A stretch of DNA of 64,000 nucleotides from Promethearchaeota archaeon (GTDB lineage Archaea; Asgardarchaeota; Lokiarchaeia; Sigyniarchaeales; SOKP01): NCBI GenBank assembly GCA_016926735.1, contig JAFGOA010000071.1, positions 1-64,000 on the forward strand, in the 5' to 3' direction. Below the pieces are notes generated by a model. That model searched no databases. It was not told where the DNA came from and saw only the letters and a list, made by a program, of their open reading frames with translations. Each line of letters opens with the position of its first letter. Positions within the stretch are counted from its first letter, which is position 1. Made by a program: the position numbers and the translations under genes. Positions 30,829-41,112 of this stretch are shown here, piece by piece.

Positions 30829-31317
30829 ATGAATGAAACAAGAATGGAAATAAATCCCTATGATTATATAGAATATTTTGTGGGCCCAACTGCAAATATT
30901 GTAAGTATGGATAAAAATGGAAGATTAAATGTGATGGCACTATTATGGAAGCAGATTGGAGAATTATGGCACGAACCAATAATAACTATAGCAGTATCTC
31001 CTTCAAGATATACTTTTACTCTTCTAACCGAAGGTGTAAGAGAATATACAATTAATATTCCTTCTAAAAAAATAATGAATTCTATAGAGATAACAGGTTC
31101 TCTATCAGGACGAGATATAGATAAATTTGAAAAGGCAAATTTAGAGACAATTCCTGGGGAGAAAACGCAAGTGCCAACACTTAAGGATTCTTTACTAAGT
31201 TATGAATGTGAAATTGTTCATGAGACCGAATCTGGAAATATGGCTCCTCACCACCTCTTTTTTGGAAGAATTCTAAAAGCTTATGCATCAAAAGAAATTC
31301 TGGAAAAAAAGAATTAA
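30829..31317 (+). CDS. Flavin reductase-like protein
   Basis: 'NVM..W', 'IAVSPSRYT', 'GSLSGRDIDKF', 'YECEI', 'HHLFFG.I'. Confidence 0.9.
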   Translation: MNETRMEINPYDYIEYFVGPTANIVSMDKNGRLNVMALLWKQIGELWHEPIITIAVSPSRYTFTLLTEGVREYTINIPSKKIMNSIEITGSLSGRDIDKFEKANLETIPGEKTQVPTLKDSLLSYECEIVHETESGNMAPHHLFFGRILKAYASKEILEKKN

Positions 31318-31761
31318 TTAGCTTTTTTCAGAACAAGAACATTTTTTTGTATCTAAAATTAATTCTCCACAAGGAGATCTTTCTGGATGCCGATATTTTT
31401 CACATATTTTATTAATTACATCACATGAAAAGAGAAGATTAAATTTTTCACTCTCAAGATGCGCTTCTTCTGCAGTTAGACCAAGCTCGTTAAACAATAA
31501 AATTTCTAATAATTGAGCATGACGGATTAACTCTTTGGCAAAATTGATACCTTTATCTGTCAGAGAAATTTCTTTATATTTTTCCCATTTCACATAATTC
31601 TGTTTTTCTAATCTTACAATGCAACTATCAATTGTTGAATATCGAATATTGCAATAATTCTTTGATACCAAAGCATTTTTAATCTCTTTTATTTTTGCAA
31701 CTTTTTTATTTCGATAAATAATTTTTAATATTTTACAATCTAAATCCGCCATTTTTATCAA
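31318..31761 (-). CDS. DtxR/MntR-family metal-dependent transcriptional regulator
   Basis: HTH, 'ISLTDKG..A..LIRH..LLE..L..LG..AH.E' and 'HPERSPCG..I'. Confidence 0.88.
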   Translation of the reverse strand: MIKMADLDCKILKIIYRNKKVAKIKEIKNALVSKNYCNIRYSTIDSCIVRLEKQNYVKWEKYKEISLTDKGINFAKELIRHAQLLEILLFNELGLTAEEAHLESEKFNLLFSCDVINKICEKYRHPERSPCGELILDTKKCSCSEKS

Positions 31762-31790
31762 TTATTATTCTTTTTTCATAATAGTTATTA

Positions 31791-32558
31791 TTAATGAGTA
31801 TGTGGTAAGATAAAAGTAATACTATACATCATAATAAATCCAAGGATTATTAATGATAATTGAGAGATAGTATGTTTTAACCCCCATTTTTTATGAAGTT
31901 CAGGTGTTAAATCTGAGAGGGCTATATATAAAAAACTTGCTGCCGAGAACGCAAGCATATAGGGAGTAATAAAGGTAAATGAATCGAAAATATAAAATCC
32001 AACTATAGCAGCTGGTATTGTTGTTGATCCTGATAATATATTATAGAGGAATGCTCTCTTCCTTGAATACCCACTATGTAATAAAATGCCAAAATCACCT
32101 GTTTCCTGAGGAATTTCATGTAATATCACAGCAAGCCCTGTTAAAAACCCAGTATTTAGATTTATTAAAAAAGCAGCAGCAATCATCAACCCGTCTGTAA
32201 AATTATGAAAAGCATCGCCAATCAGAACGATTGGACCTGCTGCTTCATGACCATGGATTTCGCATTCACTATCTTGGCATTTTCTCCAAATAATTATCTT
32301 TTCCAAAAAAAACAAAAAAATAATTCCAAAGAGTACAGTTATCATAACACTATTTTCATTATCATGCTCTACTCCGTGTAGTGCTTCAGGTATTAAACCA
32401 ATTAAGGCAGATGTAAGCAAAGTTCCGATTGCAAAAGAAATTAAAGAACTAATTAATTTTTTTTGACGATTATCATTAAACTTAGTGAAAATAGCAGCAG
32501 CACTTACAGCACCAATACTTCCTAAAATACTAAATAATATTATATACCAAAAAATCAT
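31791..32558 (-). CDS. ZIP-family divalent metal transporter
   Basis: 'GDAFHNFTDG' and 'LHEIPQETGDFG' ZIP signatures. Confidence 0.95.
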   Translation of the reverse strand: MIFWYIILFSILGSIGAVSAAAIFTKFNDNRQKKLISSLISFAIGTLLTSALIGLIPEALHGVEHDNENSVMITVLFGIIFLFFLEKIIIWRKCQDSECEIHGHEAAGPIVLIGDAFHNFTDGLMIAAAFLINLNTGFLTGLAVILHEIPQETGDFGILLHSGYSRKRAFLYNILSGSTTIPAAIVGFYIFDSFTFITPYMLAFSAASFLYIALSDLTPELHKKWGLKHTISQLSLIILGFIMMYSITFILPHTH

Positions 32559-32584
32559 TTTTGCTCATTCATTCTTTTCAAAAA

Positions 32585-32646
32585 AAAATTACGACTTAAC
32601 GTAATTTTATGAAATAGACTATTTAAATATTACGAATGATCGTAAT
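32585..32646 (-). promoter_or_regulatory. Two TTACG-N6-CGTAA operators flanking the TATA box of the ZIP-DtxR operon
   Basis: AAAATTACG-acttaa-CGTAATTTT (32585-32608) and ATTACG-aatgat-CGTAAT (32629-32646), with tatttaaata between them. Confidence 0.75.
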
Positions 32647-32741
32647 TTAATATCGATTAAAATAAATATAATTAGTTAAAATTGATCAATAAGATTATTT
32701 TTTTAGGGGAATTTACAAAAATTATAAGCAATATAAAAAAA

Positions 32742-33356
32742 CTAAGAGTTTTTTTTTATCATTTCCACAAAAAATTCATGAATTCTTATATCATTACTTA
32801 GTTCTGGATGAAAAGATAATGCTATAATATTATTTTGTCTCACAGCAATAATTTTATCATCAAACTTTGATAAGATATTGACTCCAGAATTAATTTTTTT
32901 AACAGTTGGAGCTCTTATGAAAATTCCTTTAAAAGGTTTATCTCCCAAAATAGAAATATTTAAATCAGCTTCAAAGCTCTCCTTTTGAGCACCAAAAGTA
33001 TTTCTTTCAGTAATCACATTTAATACTTTTAAGATAGGTTGATTAACAGGACCAACGATTCTATCAGATACTTCATTTGACAGAAATACTAATCCAGCAC
33101 AAGATCCTAAAGTAGGTATTCCATTAGAGATCATCTCTTTCAATTCATTAAATAATCCAACTTTCTCAGCTAAAATCCCAATTACTGTAGATTCTCCTCC
33201 AGGGATTATAATTCCATCAATATTATTTAGATCTTTTAATTGTTTTACTATTATTATTTTTCCATCAGAAATATTTCGTTTATTAAATACCTCTTTTAAG
33301 ATCTCTTCATGAAATCGTATATCTCCTTGTAATCCTAAAATTCCAATAACTAACAT
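32742..33356 (-). CDS. pdxT: Pyridoxal 5'-phosphate synthase glutaminase subunit
   Basis: 'LGLQGD', 'PGGEST', 'GSCAG', 'FIRAP', 'FHPEL'. The ATG at 33356 overlaps the pdxS stop (TAATG). Confidence 0.96.
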   Translation of the reverse strand: MLVIGILGLQGDIRFHEEILKEVFNKRNISDGKIIIVKQLKDLNNIDGIIIPGGESTVIGILAEKVGLFNELKEMISNGIPTLGSCAGLVFLSNEVSDRIVGPVNQPILKVLNVITERNTFGAQKESFEADLNISILGDKPFKGIFIRAPTVKKINSGVNILSKFDDKIIAVRQNNIIALSFHPELSNDIRIHEFFVEMIKKNS

Positions 33357-34294
33357 TATATATCTGAACCTCTTGTCTCCCAACGCTCACTCGATGGTTT
33401 TGTTTCCATATCAATTCCACCCATTGCTTTATCTTCAGATACCATTTTTTGAGCTTTCAATACAATTTCAGGATCATCCCAAAAACTTGTAGCTAAAACT
33501 ACACTTTCGGCTCTTGATTGAGGATCAGTAGCTTTAAATATACCAGAACCAACAAAAATTCCATCACACCCTAAACTCATCATAAATGCAGCATCTGCAG
33601 GAGATGAAATACCTCCAGCAGCAAAGATAGTGATTGGTAATCTTCCCATGTTTGCAGTCAATTGAATGATATCAAAACTTACTTTAAACTCTCGTGAATA
33701 TTTAATTAACTCAGAGGGTTCATCTTTTGAGGCCGTAATCAATCTTAATTGTTCTTTTATTTTATTAAAATGAACAATAGCATGTTTAACATCACCAGTA
33801 CCCGGTTCTCCTTTAGAACGCAACATACTTGCTCCTTCTTCTATTCTTCTTAACGCACTTCCAAGATCCGTACATCCACATACAAAAGGTACTTTAAAAT
33901 CATGCTTCCAAATATGATGTTCCGTATCTGCAGGTGTAAGTACTTCGCTTTCATCTATTGTATCTACTCCAGCAGCCTCTAAAATACGAGCTTCACCAAT
34001 ATGACCAATTCTACATTTCATCATAATAGGGATTGAAATATGTTCACGAATCTCATCAAATAATGTAACTGAAGCAGTTCTGGCAATACCTCCACTTTGT
34101 CTTATATCATAAGGTAATTTATCTAATAACATTACAGCTACAGCTCCAGCTTGTTCTGCTATTTGAGCTTGTTCTACATTAGTAACATCCATTATTACCC
34201 CCTTTTCTTGCATGTGGGGAAAGCCCTTCTTAACTAACCAAGTACTTTGGATTCTATCAATTAATTTAACTTGACCTGCATTATAATCTAACAT
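33356..34294 (-). CDS. pdxS: Pyridoxal 5'-phosphate synthase lyase subunit
   Basis: 'GVIMDV..EQA.IAE.AGAVAVM', 'DESEVLTPAD', 'KGEPGTG', 'FVGSGIFK'. Confidence 0.97.
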   Translation of the reverse strand: MLDYNAGQVKLIDRIQSTWLVKKGFPHMQEKGVIMDVTNVEQAQIAEQAGAVAVMLLDKLPYDIRQSGGIARTASVTLFDEIREHISIPIMMKCRIGHIGEARILEAAGVDTIDESEVLTPADTEHHIWKHDFKVPFVCGCTDLGSALRRIEEGASMLRSKGEPGTGDVKHAIVHFNKIKEQLRLITASKDEPSELIKYSREFKVSFDIIQLTANMGRLPITIFAAGGISSPADAAFMMSLGCDGIFVGSGIFKATDPQSRAESVVLATSFWDDPEIVLKAQKMVSEDKAMGGIDMETKPSSERWETRGSDI

Positions 34295-34455
34295 CTTGAT
34301 CTTTTTTTATATCTATTGTATTATTTAAAGATAAAATATGATTATTGTTATATTTTACTGTGATATTAAATTATGAAAAAAAAGTAATTATATATAATAA
34401 ATAATGTCTAAGGAAACAATAACAAAATTTTAGATTATTTTTATCATAATGTTAG

Positions 34456-34899
34456 TTATTCTAATTCTAAGATAAAACCAAATTTTTTATTTTTATCAAA
34501 TCCAAGTTTTTCATAGAGCATATGAGCTTGTATTCTATCTTTTGAGGATAACAAGATAATTTTATAACAATTCTTATTTTTAGAATAGCCAATAACATAA
34601 TTTAAAAGTGAGCTAGCATACCCCCTTTTTCTATAATCAGGATGTGTAATTACATTTTCAATCAAACTAAAATTTCTAGCACCTCTAGTTAAATTGGGGA
34701 CGATTACAAGTACACAAGAAGTGATAATTTTATTATCATATTCGCCTACAAAGATATCAACCAAAGGATTTAGGAGACATTCATTCCAAATCTCTAAGAT
34801 TTCATTATTTATGGTTTTAACTATCTCATTTGGATGTAAATATTTATACAAATCCAATATTTCTTGTAATTCATTTTCTTTAATCTTTCTAATTATCAA
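34456..34899 (-). CDS. GNAT N-acetyltransferase
   Basis: 'IENVITHPDYRKRGYA', 'CYKIIL', 'YEKLGF'. Confidence 0.92.
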   Translation of the reverse strand: MIIRKIKENELQEILDLYKYLHPNEIVKTINNEILEIWNECLLNPLVDIFVGEYDNKIITSCVLVIVPNLTRGARNFSLIENVITHPDYRKRGYASSLLNYVIGYSKNKNCYKIILLSSKDRIQAHMLYEKLGFDKNKKFGFILELE

Positions 34900-35013
34900 A
34901 TTAACTCATTTTTCAATTTTACAAATATAAAAATTATAATCATTTATTTTATGAAAAAATTTTCCAATTTTAAGAAATAAGGAGATTGATATAAAAAAAA
35001 TAATAAAAATTAT

Positions 35014-35967
35014 TTAAAAATTTGAATAAACAATAAATTTCTTATCCGAACCAATTGAATATATTTCAAAAGATTTACCTTTTTTAGTTTCACAAAACAT
35101 CTGAATCATTGGAAATAAAAAGATTTTTGTTTCAATTTTCGTATCTTTATCTTTTTCATAAGTTTTATAATCTGTTCCAGCCATATTAATGGTTTTTTTA
35201 ATGTTTTTATTCCAATAACCTAATGATGCTTCTGCTTTATTTGATAATTCTTTAAAATCATTAAATTTTATCCCTTCTACTTGGTCAATAAGCTGATGGA
35301 GATCTTTTTCAATTTCTTTTTCATATTTTGTCTTTGCACTACTATGCAATACTGGTTGACCAGAAACAACTCTTTTGAAAGGGACAGCTTTAATATTATA
35401 TGTATAGAGGTTTTTACTACCATTACATTCTTTACAAGTTTCTTTAAAATTACCTATAGCAAAACAATTATTACAAGGATATTCAAAATCTTTTTTTATT
35501 TTATTTTTTTCTTCATCTTCAAATACGGTTATTTTTGTAGAGATTTTTCCTTTTCCATCACAGGTTTTACATTTTGTTTCATGATAACCTCGACCATTAC
35601 ATTTTGGACAGGATTTGGTCTTTAATGTATTATAAAATGGAACTAATTCTTCTCCATCCCAATTATCTTTTATAACATCTTTTTTAAAATTATAAAAAAT
35701 AATTCTACTTACGCGATCTGCTTTTACGGTTTCTTCTTTTTCTCCTTCTTTAACAGGTTCAATAGTTTTTTTGATAGCAAAATATATTGCTGCTTCTTTC
35801 ATTGTATCTTTTACTGTTTCAGCAGCAGAAATAACATCTAACGAAAAAACAGCACCCTTTGTTCCAAATTGCTTTTCTAATCCTTTTTTATTCTTTCGAT
35901 TTGTATCTTGCTTCCATTTTTCGAAAATATCATCTAAATTTGGAGTCTTTATAATAATATCTGGCAT
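35014..35967 (-). CDS. DnaJ-type zinc-finger protein without a J domain
   Basis: Four CxxCxGxG-like repeats (CPKCNGRG, CKTCDGKG, CNNCFAIG, CKECNGSK); no HPD motif. Confidence 0.7.
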   Translation of the reverse strand: MPDIIIKTPNLDDIFEKWKQDTNRKNKKGLEKQFGTKGAVFSLDVISAAETVKDTMKEAAIYFAIKKTIEPVKEGEKEETVKADRVSRIIFYNFKKDVIKDNWDGEELVPFYNTLKTKSCPKCNGRGYHETKCKTCDGKGKISTKITVFEDEEKNKIKKDFEYPCNNCFAIGNFKETCKECNGSKNLYTYNIKAVPFKRVVSGQPVLHSSAKTKYEKEIEKDLHQLIDQVEGIKFNDFKELSNKAEASLGYWNKNIKKTINMAGTDYKTYEKDKDTKIETKIFLFPMIQMFCETKKGKSFEIYSIGSDKKFIVYSNF

Positions 35968-36129
35968 ATTTCATCAATTTTATTATTGTATTATACTACT
36001 TATATTAGTATTTTTAGAATTTATCAATATATTTAAATTAAATATATTTATTTTAAGATAAATAATTTTAAGTAGTTTGACTATATTTTTTATAATAAGA
36101 AAATAAAAATATAGAAGATTTTTAAAAAT

Positions 36130-36291
36130 ATGTCAGAAGAAGAAAAGCAATCAGTAGAATTCTTGCTACAATGGATTCAAAATGGAGGATTATCACAGTG
36201 GATTGAGCATTATTTAAATGAAGGAGATGAGGCAAAATTGAAAGAGATTAAGGGACTCTATGATCAAATAAAACAGATTTTTGGATTCTAA
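36130..36291 (+). CDS. Small 53-aa protein not in the ORF track
   Basis: Translates as MSEEEKQSVEFLLQWIQNGGLSQWIEHYLNEGDEAKLKEIKGLYDQIKQIFGF*. Coding-like composition in AT-rich surroundings, MSEE start like other genes here, T-rich tract downstream. Confidence 0.7.
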   Translation: MSEEEKQSVEFLLQWIQNGGLSQWIEHYLNEGDEAKLKEIKGLYDQIKQIFGF

Positions 36292-36758
36292 TCTTTTCTT
36301 ATTATAATATTTTATGTTCTATTTGTTTTTAATTATATTTTTTATTATTAATTCAATTTAATATAAAAAATCTATTTTAAGACAATAAAGAATTAATTAT
36401 CATTCTCTGAAAGGGATGATTTTAATTCTTCGATTAATACTTTAAAAACTTGATACCATTCGATTTTTTTAAAGAATTTATAAACCTCTATTCCATTAAA
36501 TACATGAACTAATAGGTTATATTAATTCTAACATTCAAGGTTGTATTATATCCTTAATGTTTATAATTTTAGACATATTCAATGTCAAAATAAAAATTAG
36601 AGAAAATTAAAAAGGGAAAGAACAATGAATAACAGTAATAATCTATAAAATTCATCCTATCTTTAAAGGGAATGGATTTTTTCGTATTAGTAATGGGAAA
36701 ATCTTTAATCAATATCGCATTATATATCTAAAGCAACAAGATATAGTTTTTTTATAGG

Positions 36759-39428
36759 ATGAAAGTAATTCAAAAGGATTTTTTTATTGTTATTAATAGA
36801 GATTTAAAGAATAAAGTTGAGAATAAGTATAACGTTAATTTCTTTTATATTAAATCTCTAAATAAATTAAAAAAAAAGTCCTTTTCTTATGTATCAAAAC
36901 CTTTTTTTAATGGAATTATTATTTTGGGTTTAGATTTTAAGAATAAACTTTGTACCTTAAAATTTGATAAGATCTCCCCTGATGGAGTTATAAATCCAAT
37001 AGATCCAAAATTATTTAAAAAATTTTTGTTATCAGATTACAATAGATACGTAGCATTTTCTAGTTTGGATTCATTAGAATTACAGCCGTTTTTTGAAATG
37101 CTCAATAATTTACAATTTGAAAAAGAAAAGATTATAAAATTAACATTTTGTGAATATTGTTTAGAAAAAAGAGATTTCAAAATACTAAATAAAGGAAATC
37201 AGATTAGATCTTTAAATAATCAAATAATATGTTCAAGATGTGCAATGGACATTATATTACATCGTGCTGAAATAAGAAATCTTTTTTCAGCAAGTAAACT
37301 AAATCCAAAATTGAAAAATTTTTTTACACATCTTATTCTTAAATTTAAAGATGTAAAAAAGGTTATAGAAACGTTTAAACCTGACTTTAATCCAATTAAA
37401 AATGAAAATATTACATTATATGATATAGAAAAAGAAATACCAGTGAGTAAAAAATACTTAAACATTAATATTGAAGATCTTGAGCTTTCAGATCCTTTTA
37501 AGAAAAATCTCAGAAAAAATAATATAAAAACACTTTTACCTATTCAAGCAATTTCAATAGATAATGGTCTTATATCTGAGAAATCAAATCAATTAATTAT
37601 GGCTCCTACTTCTGGAGGAAAGACACTTATAGGAGAATTAGCAGGAATAAATAAATTAATTGAAAATCCAACTTCTAAGATGTTATATTTAGTTCCGATT
37701 GTTGCTTTAGCAAATATAAGAGATTTAGAATTTAAAAAAAAATATTCTGATTTAAAGTTAAGAATAATGAAAAAAGTAGGAGAATCTCTTTTAGAAAAAA
37801 AGGATAATGAAAAAATCGAAGATTTGAATCAAGCAAATGTTATTGTAGCGACTTATGAAGCAATTGATTATATTTTAAGAAGCGGTAATAAAGAAGTACT
37901 TGGAAATATTTCTACAATAATTATTGATGAGATTCAAACACTTATAGATCCAGAAAGAGGTTTTCTCCTTGATGGCTTCATAGCTAGATTAAAAATAATA
38001 TTTGATAATGCACAGTATTTATATTTAAGTGCAACAATTGGAGAACCCGAAATTTTGGCAAATAAACTAGCAAGTAAATTAATTCGTTATAGAAATCGAC
38101 CTGTACCCATAGAAAGGCATCTCTTATTATGTCAAAATGATAATATAAAATTAAATTATATTTTTACACTAACAAAAGAAGCATTTTCAAAAAAATCAAA
38201 GTATGGATATAAAGGACAAACAATAATATTTACTCATGCCAGAAAAAAATGTGAATCTATCGCAAAAAATCTTAGAAATAAAGGATTAAACATAAGATCA
38301 TATCACTCAGGATTAACAAATGAGGAAAGAAAGATAATAGAATTTGAATTTCAATCTCAAAAGATTGCTGGAGTAGTATCTACAGCAGCATTAGCAGCAG
38401 GTGTTGATTTACCTGCGAGTCAAGTAATTTTTGAATCTCTTGCTATGGGGATTAAATGGCTTACTGTAGCAGATTTTGAGCAAATGCTTGGTAGAGCTGG
38501 AAGACTCAAAAAACATGAATTAGGAAAGATATATCTACTCGTCCAACCAGAAAAGATATATAATCCACGAATGGATACATCGGAAGAAAATATAGCTATT
38601 CGCCTTCTTAATGGTAAAATAAAAGATTTTGAATTAGAGCCAAATGAAGATAGATCACTTACAGAATTACTCGCATTTATATCAGTATATCCTAATGGAG
38701 TTTCTAAAGACCAATTAAATACCTTTTATAAATATTTAATTAATAGTGATTACGAACTAAATATTTTAATAAATATGTTATTTGATAAAAAATTGATACA
38801 AAAATGGGAGGAAGACAAATTAAAGTGCTTTAAACTGGGAAATGCGATTGCTAAATCGTTTATAACAATTGAAAAAAGTATTGAAATAATTAATATGATC
38901 AAAAAGAGAACTTATTCTATTAAAGAGATTGTATTAAATCTTAAATCTCTAAGAAATATATATATGTCTAAAAGTACTGTAGCAGATCTTTCAAAGAATG
39001 TAAATATGAAATATTTTTCTAATAATTTTTTTAGCGCAAGTATTTTGTCACTAATGGATGCAGAATATGTAAAGAAACGAAAAAAATTTTCTCAAGAATT
39101 TATAAATCTTGTAATAAAATGGACTAATGATATTTTTATTTGCTCCTGTAAAGATAAACCTTATTGTGAATGTGGAAGATTAAATCTTGAAAAAATTATC
39201 CTTGAATTAAGAACTATAGATAATTTTTCAATTCAAGAAATTCATAATTATCTGGAAGAGAATTATAGTATTTTAATATTTAAAGGTGATTTAATAGATT
39301 ATTTCGATAATTTAATCTATTCATTTGAGAGCATTAAAAATATGGTAGAAGGAATAACAAATTTAGAAGAATCATATAAAAAAGAACTATTAGAGATTCC
39401 GTTAATTATAGAAAATATAAAAGGATAG
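36759..39428 (+). CDS. Archaea-specific Ski2-like SF2 helicase (ASH/DUF5814-type)
   Basis: 'LLPIQ', 'APTSGGKTLIGELAG', 'IIDEIQ', 'LSAT', 'YHSGL', 'QMLGRAGR'; N-terminal CxxC..CxxC and C-terminal 'CSCKDKPYCECG'. Confidence 0.9.
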   Translation: MKVIQKDFFIVINRDLKNKVENKYNVNFFYIKSLNKLKKKSFSYVSKPFFNGIIILGLDFKNKLCTLKFDKISPDGVINPIDPKLFKKFLLSDYNRYVAFSSLDSLELQPFFEMLNNLQFEKEKIIKLTFCEYCLEKRDFKILNKGNQIRSLNNQIICSRCAMDIILHRAEIRNLFSASKLNPKLKNFFTHLILKFKDVKKVIETFKPDFNPIKNENITLYDIEKEIPVSKKYLNINIEDLELSDPFKKNLRKNNIKTLLPIQAISIDNGLISEKSNQLIMAPTSGGKTLIGELAGINKLIENPTSKMLYLVPIVALANIRDLEFKKKYSDLKLRIMKKVGESLLEKKDNEKIEDLNQANVIVATYEAIDYILRSGNKEVLGNISTIIIDEIQTLIDPERGFLLDGFIARLKIIFDNAQYLYLSATIGEPEILANKLASKLIRYRNRPVPIERHLLLCQNDNIKLNYIFTLTKEAFSKKSKYGYKGQTIIFTHARKKCESIAKNLRNKGLNIRSYHSGLTNEERKIIEFEFQSQKIAGVVSTAALAAGVDLPASQVIFESLAMGIKWLTVADFEQMLGRAGRLKKHELGKIYLLVQPEKIYNPRMDTSEENIAIRLLNGKIKDFELEPNEDRSLTELLAFISVYPNGVSKDQLNTFYKYLINSDYELNILINMLFDKKLIQKWEEDKLKCFKLGNAIAKSFITIEKSIEIINMIKKRTYSIKEIVLNLKSLRNIYMSKSTVADLSKNVNMKYFSNNFFSASILSLMDAEYVKKRKKFSQEFINLVIKWTNDIFICSCKDKPYCECGRLNLEKIILELRTIDNFSIQEIHNYLEENYSILIFKGDLIDYFDNLIYSFESIKNMVEGITNLEESYKKELLEIPLIIENIKG

Positions 39429-39454
39429 TATTTTGAAACGTAATAGGCATATTT

Positions 39455-40639
39455 CTAAATTGTATGTATTTCAACAATATCCTTATCCTCTAAATCATAA
39501 TCTAATCCAACCTTCTTTCTCTTTTGTCTGGCATTTTTTCTTATAACAACTGCAAAATCAAATAATTCTAAAAAGGTTCTATGAATTTTGTAAGCAACAT
39601 CTCTAATTTTAGCTTCTTTATTCAAGATTAAAGGTTTTTCAGCAACTTTACCAGAATTCATAGTATAAATTCTTATTTTTTCTAAAAGATTTAAAACCAG
39701 TTCTCCAAAATCTGAAGGAAAATTCTTTCTTACAACACTTGAAGCTATTATTTTAAATTTTTTAGAATATTTTTTTTTCAATATTTCGAAATTATCTTCT
39801 GTATGCGGAAGATCTCCTTTTGTACCAATAATTATTGCTTTTCTATATACTATAGAATGATTTAAACAATCTACTATTTGCTCTAAGTTTATTCTACCAT
39901 ATATTTTTACAATGCAATTATGAATACCATTTACTCTAATAATTTGTTTAATTTTATCTGATAATTCCATACTTTCTTTAGATTCTTTTGTTAAAAATAA
40001 GATTTGAATATTATTTGATCCCGTTTTTTCGATATCTATTGAAGGAGGACATTCATTAATTTTAATATCACCATTACTTAATTCATCAAATAATAAATCA
40101 AGTTGTTCATTAATATCCCTCGATAAATCTACGCAAATAGCAATAAGATCACATGAACGAATTTGTGCAATTATCTCTTTTCCATTTCCTACACCTTTAT
40201 ATGCATTCCTCATAATAGAAGGCATGTCAACTATTTGAAATCTAATCTTTTCATAATTTAATATCCCTATTTCTGGTAATGCATTAAAACTACCGATTTT
40301 TGTTTTTGCGGCATTTGTTAAATAATTAAGAAGTGAGGTTTTTCCTACACCAGGAATATGATAATCACTTATTAGAATAATTTGAATACCCTCTTTCTTA
40401 ATTGAAAAAGGACTAACAACTTTACTTATAGATTTTTGTTTTTTTTCCTCTAATTGCCTTTTAAGCTTCGCTAGTTTAGATTTATTCTGAGCAACAATGT
40501 TTTCGGTGGCTTTATGTTTTGGGACAATAGATAGAAATTCTTCGAGTCTTTTTATTTGCTCCTCTATTGTTCCAGCATCTAAATATTTTTGATATGCTGC
40601 TTGAGCTTCAGGTCCTATATTAGAAGACAAAATAATCAC
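39455..40639 (-). CDS. DRG/Rbg-like OBG-family GTPase with TGS domain (degenerate G motifs)
   Basis: 'PKHKATE..KSKLAKLK', 'GVGKTSLL', 'TKGD' and C-terminal TGS 'IH..KVGLDY.LEDKDIVEI'. Confidence 0.85.
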   Translation of the reverse strand: MIILSSNIGPEAQAAYQKYLDAGTIEEQIKRLEEFLSIVPKHKATENIVAQNKSKLAKLKRQLEEKKQKSISKVVSPFSIKKEGIQIILISDYHIPGVGKTSLLNYLTNAAKTKIGSFNALPEIGILNYEKIRFQIVDMPSIMRNAYKGVGNGKEIIAQIRSCDLIAICVDLSRDINEQLDLLFDELSNGDIKINECPPSIDIEKTGSNNIQILFLTKESKESMELSDKIKQIIRVNGIHNCIVKIYGRINLEQIVDCLNHSIVYRKAIIIGTKGDLPHTEDNFEILKKKYSKKFKIIASSVVRKNFPSDFGELVLNLLEKIRIYTMNSGKVAEKPLILNKEAKIRDVAYKIHRTFLELFDFAVVIRKNARQKRKKVGLDYDLEDKDIVEIHTI

Positions 40640-40650
40640 TCTTTAGATCT

Positions 40651-41112
40651 CTAAAAGATTGATCTAAATCGATCCTCTGTTTTAAGTTTTAAATCTCCTA
40701 AAATATTATCAATTCTTTCTATAAATTTTTTTTCAAAAAATTTCTTTTTTTTAGAAAAAATATCATTGATAGAAAACCGATTTAGAAAATGTTTATTAAT
40801 TTCTATTAGATGTTTTTTAACTACGTCTGTATCTGTTTCTTTTTCAATAATTGCATAATATAGTAATGGTTGTTTATTATTATCAGTATTAGCAAGAGGT
40901 AAAGAGACGATTTCAGAATAACATACTAATTTAAATGACGCTAATGAAACAACATTTATATCATCACCAAAAACTTCAGATGTAAAACTTTCTAAAGCAG
41001 AAAGAAATCCAGCTCTTAGATCTGGATCTAATGGATTATCTGAAGCAGAATAATATTGAATTTCAAAAATATTTCTATTTCCAAGGTTAATTCCTATTTC
41101 AAGAACAGCCAT
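40651..41112 (-). CDS. Longin-like domain protein
   Basis: 'LEIGI..', 'LRAGFLSALESFTSEVF', 'F..RF..F..RIDNILGDL'; 11 bp from the GTPase gene. Confidence 0.6.
   Translation of the reverse strand: MAVLEIGINLGNRNIFEIQYYSASDNPLDPDLRAGFLSALESFTSEVFGDDINVVSLASFKLVCYSEIVSLPLANTDNNKQPLLYYAIIEKETDTDVVKKHLIEINKHFLNRFSINDIFSKKKKFFEKKFIERIDNILGDLKLKTEDRFRSIF

Noticed and set aside
36370-36580. Possible minus-strand ORF with an in-frame TGA (MSKIINIKDIIQP*)
   Set aside because: All three frames hit further TAA/TAG stops quickly; at most a decayed remnant that I cannot support.
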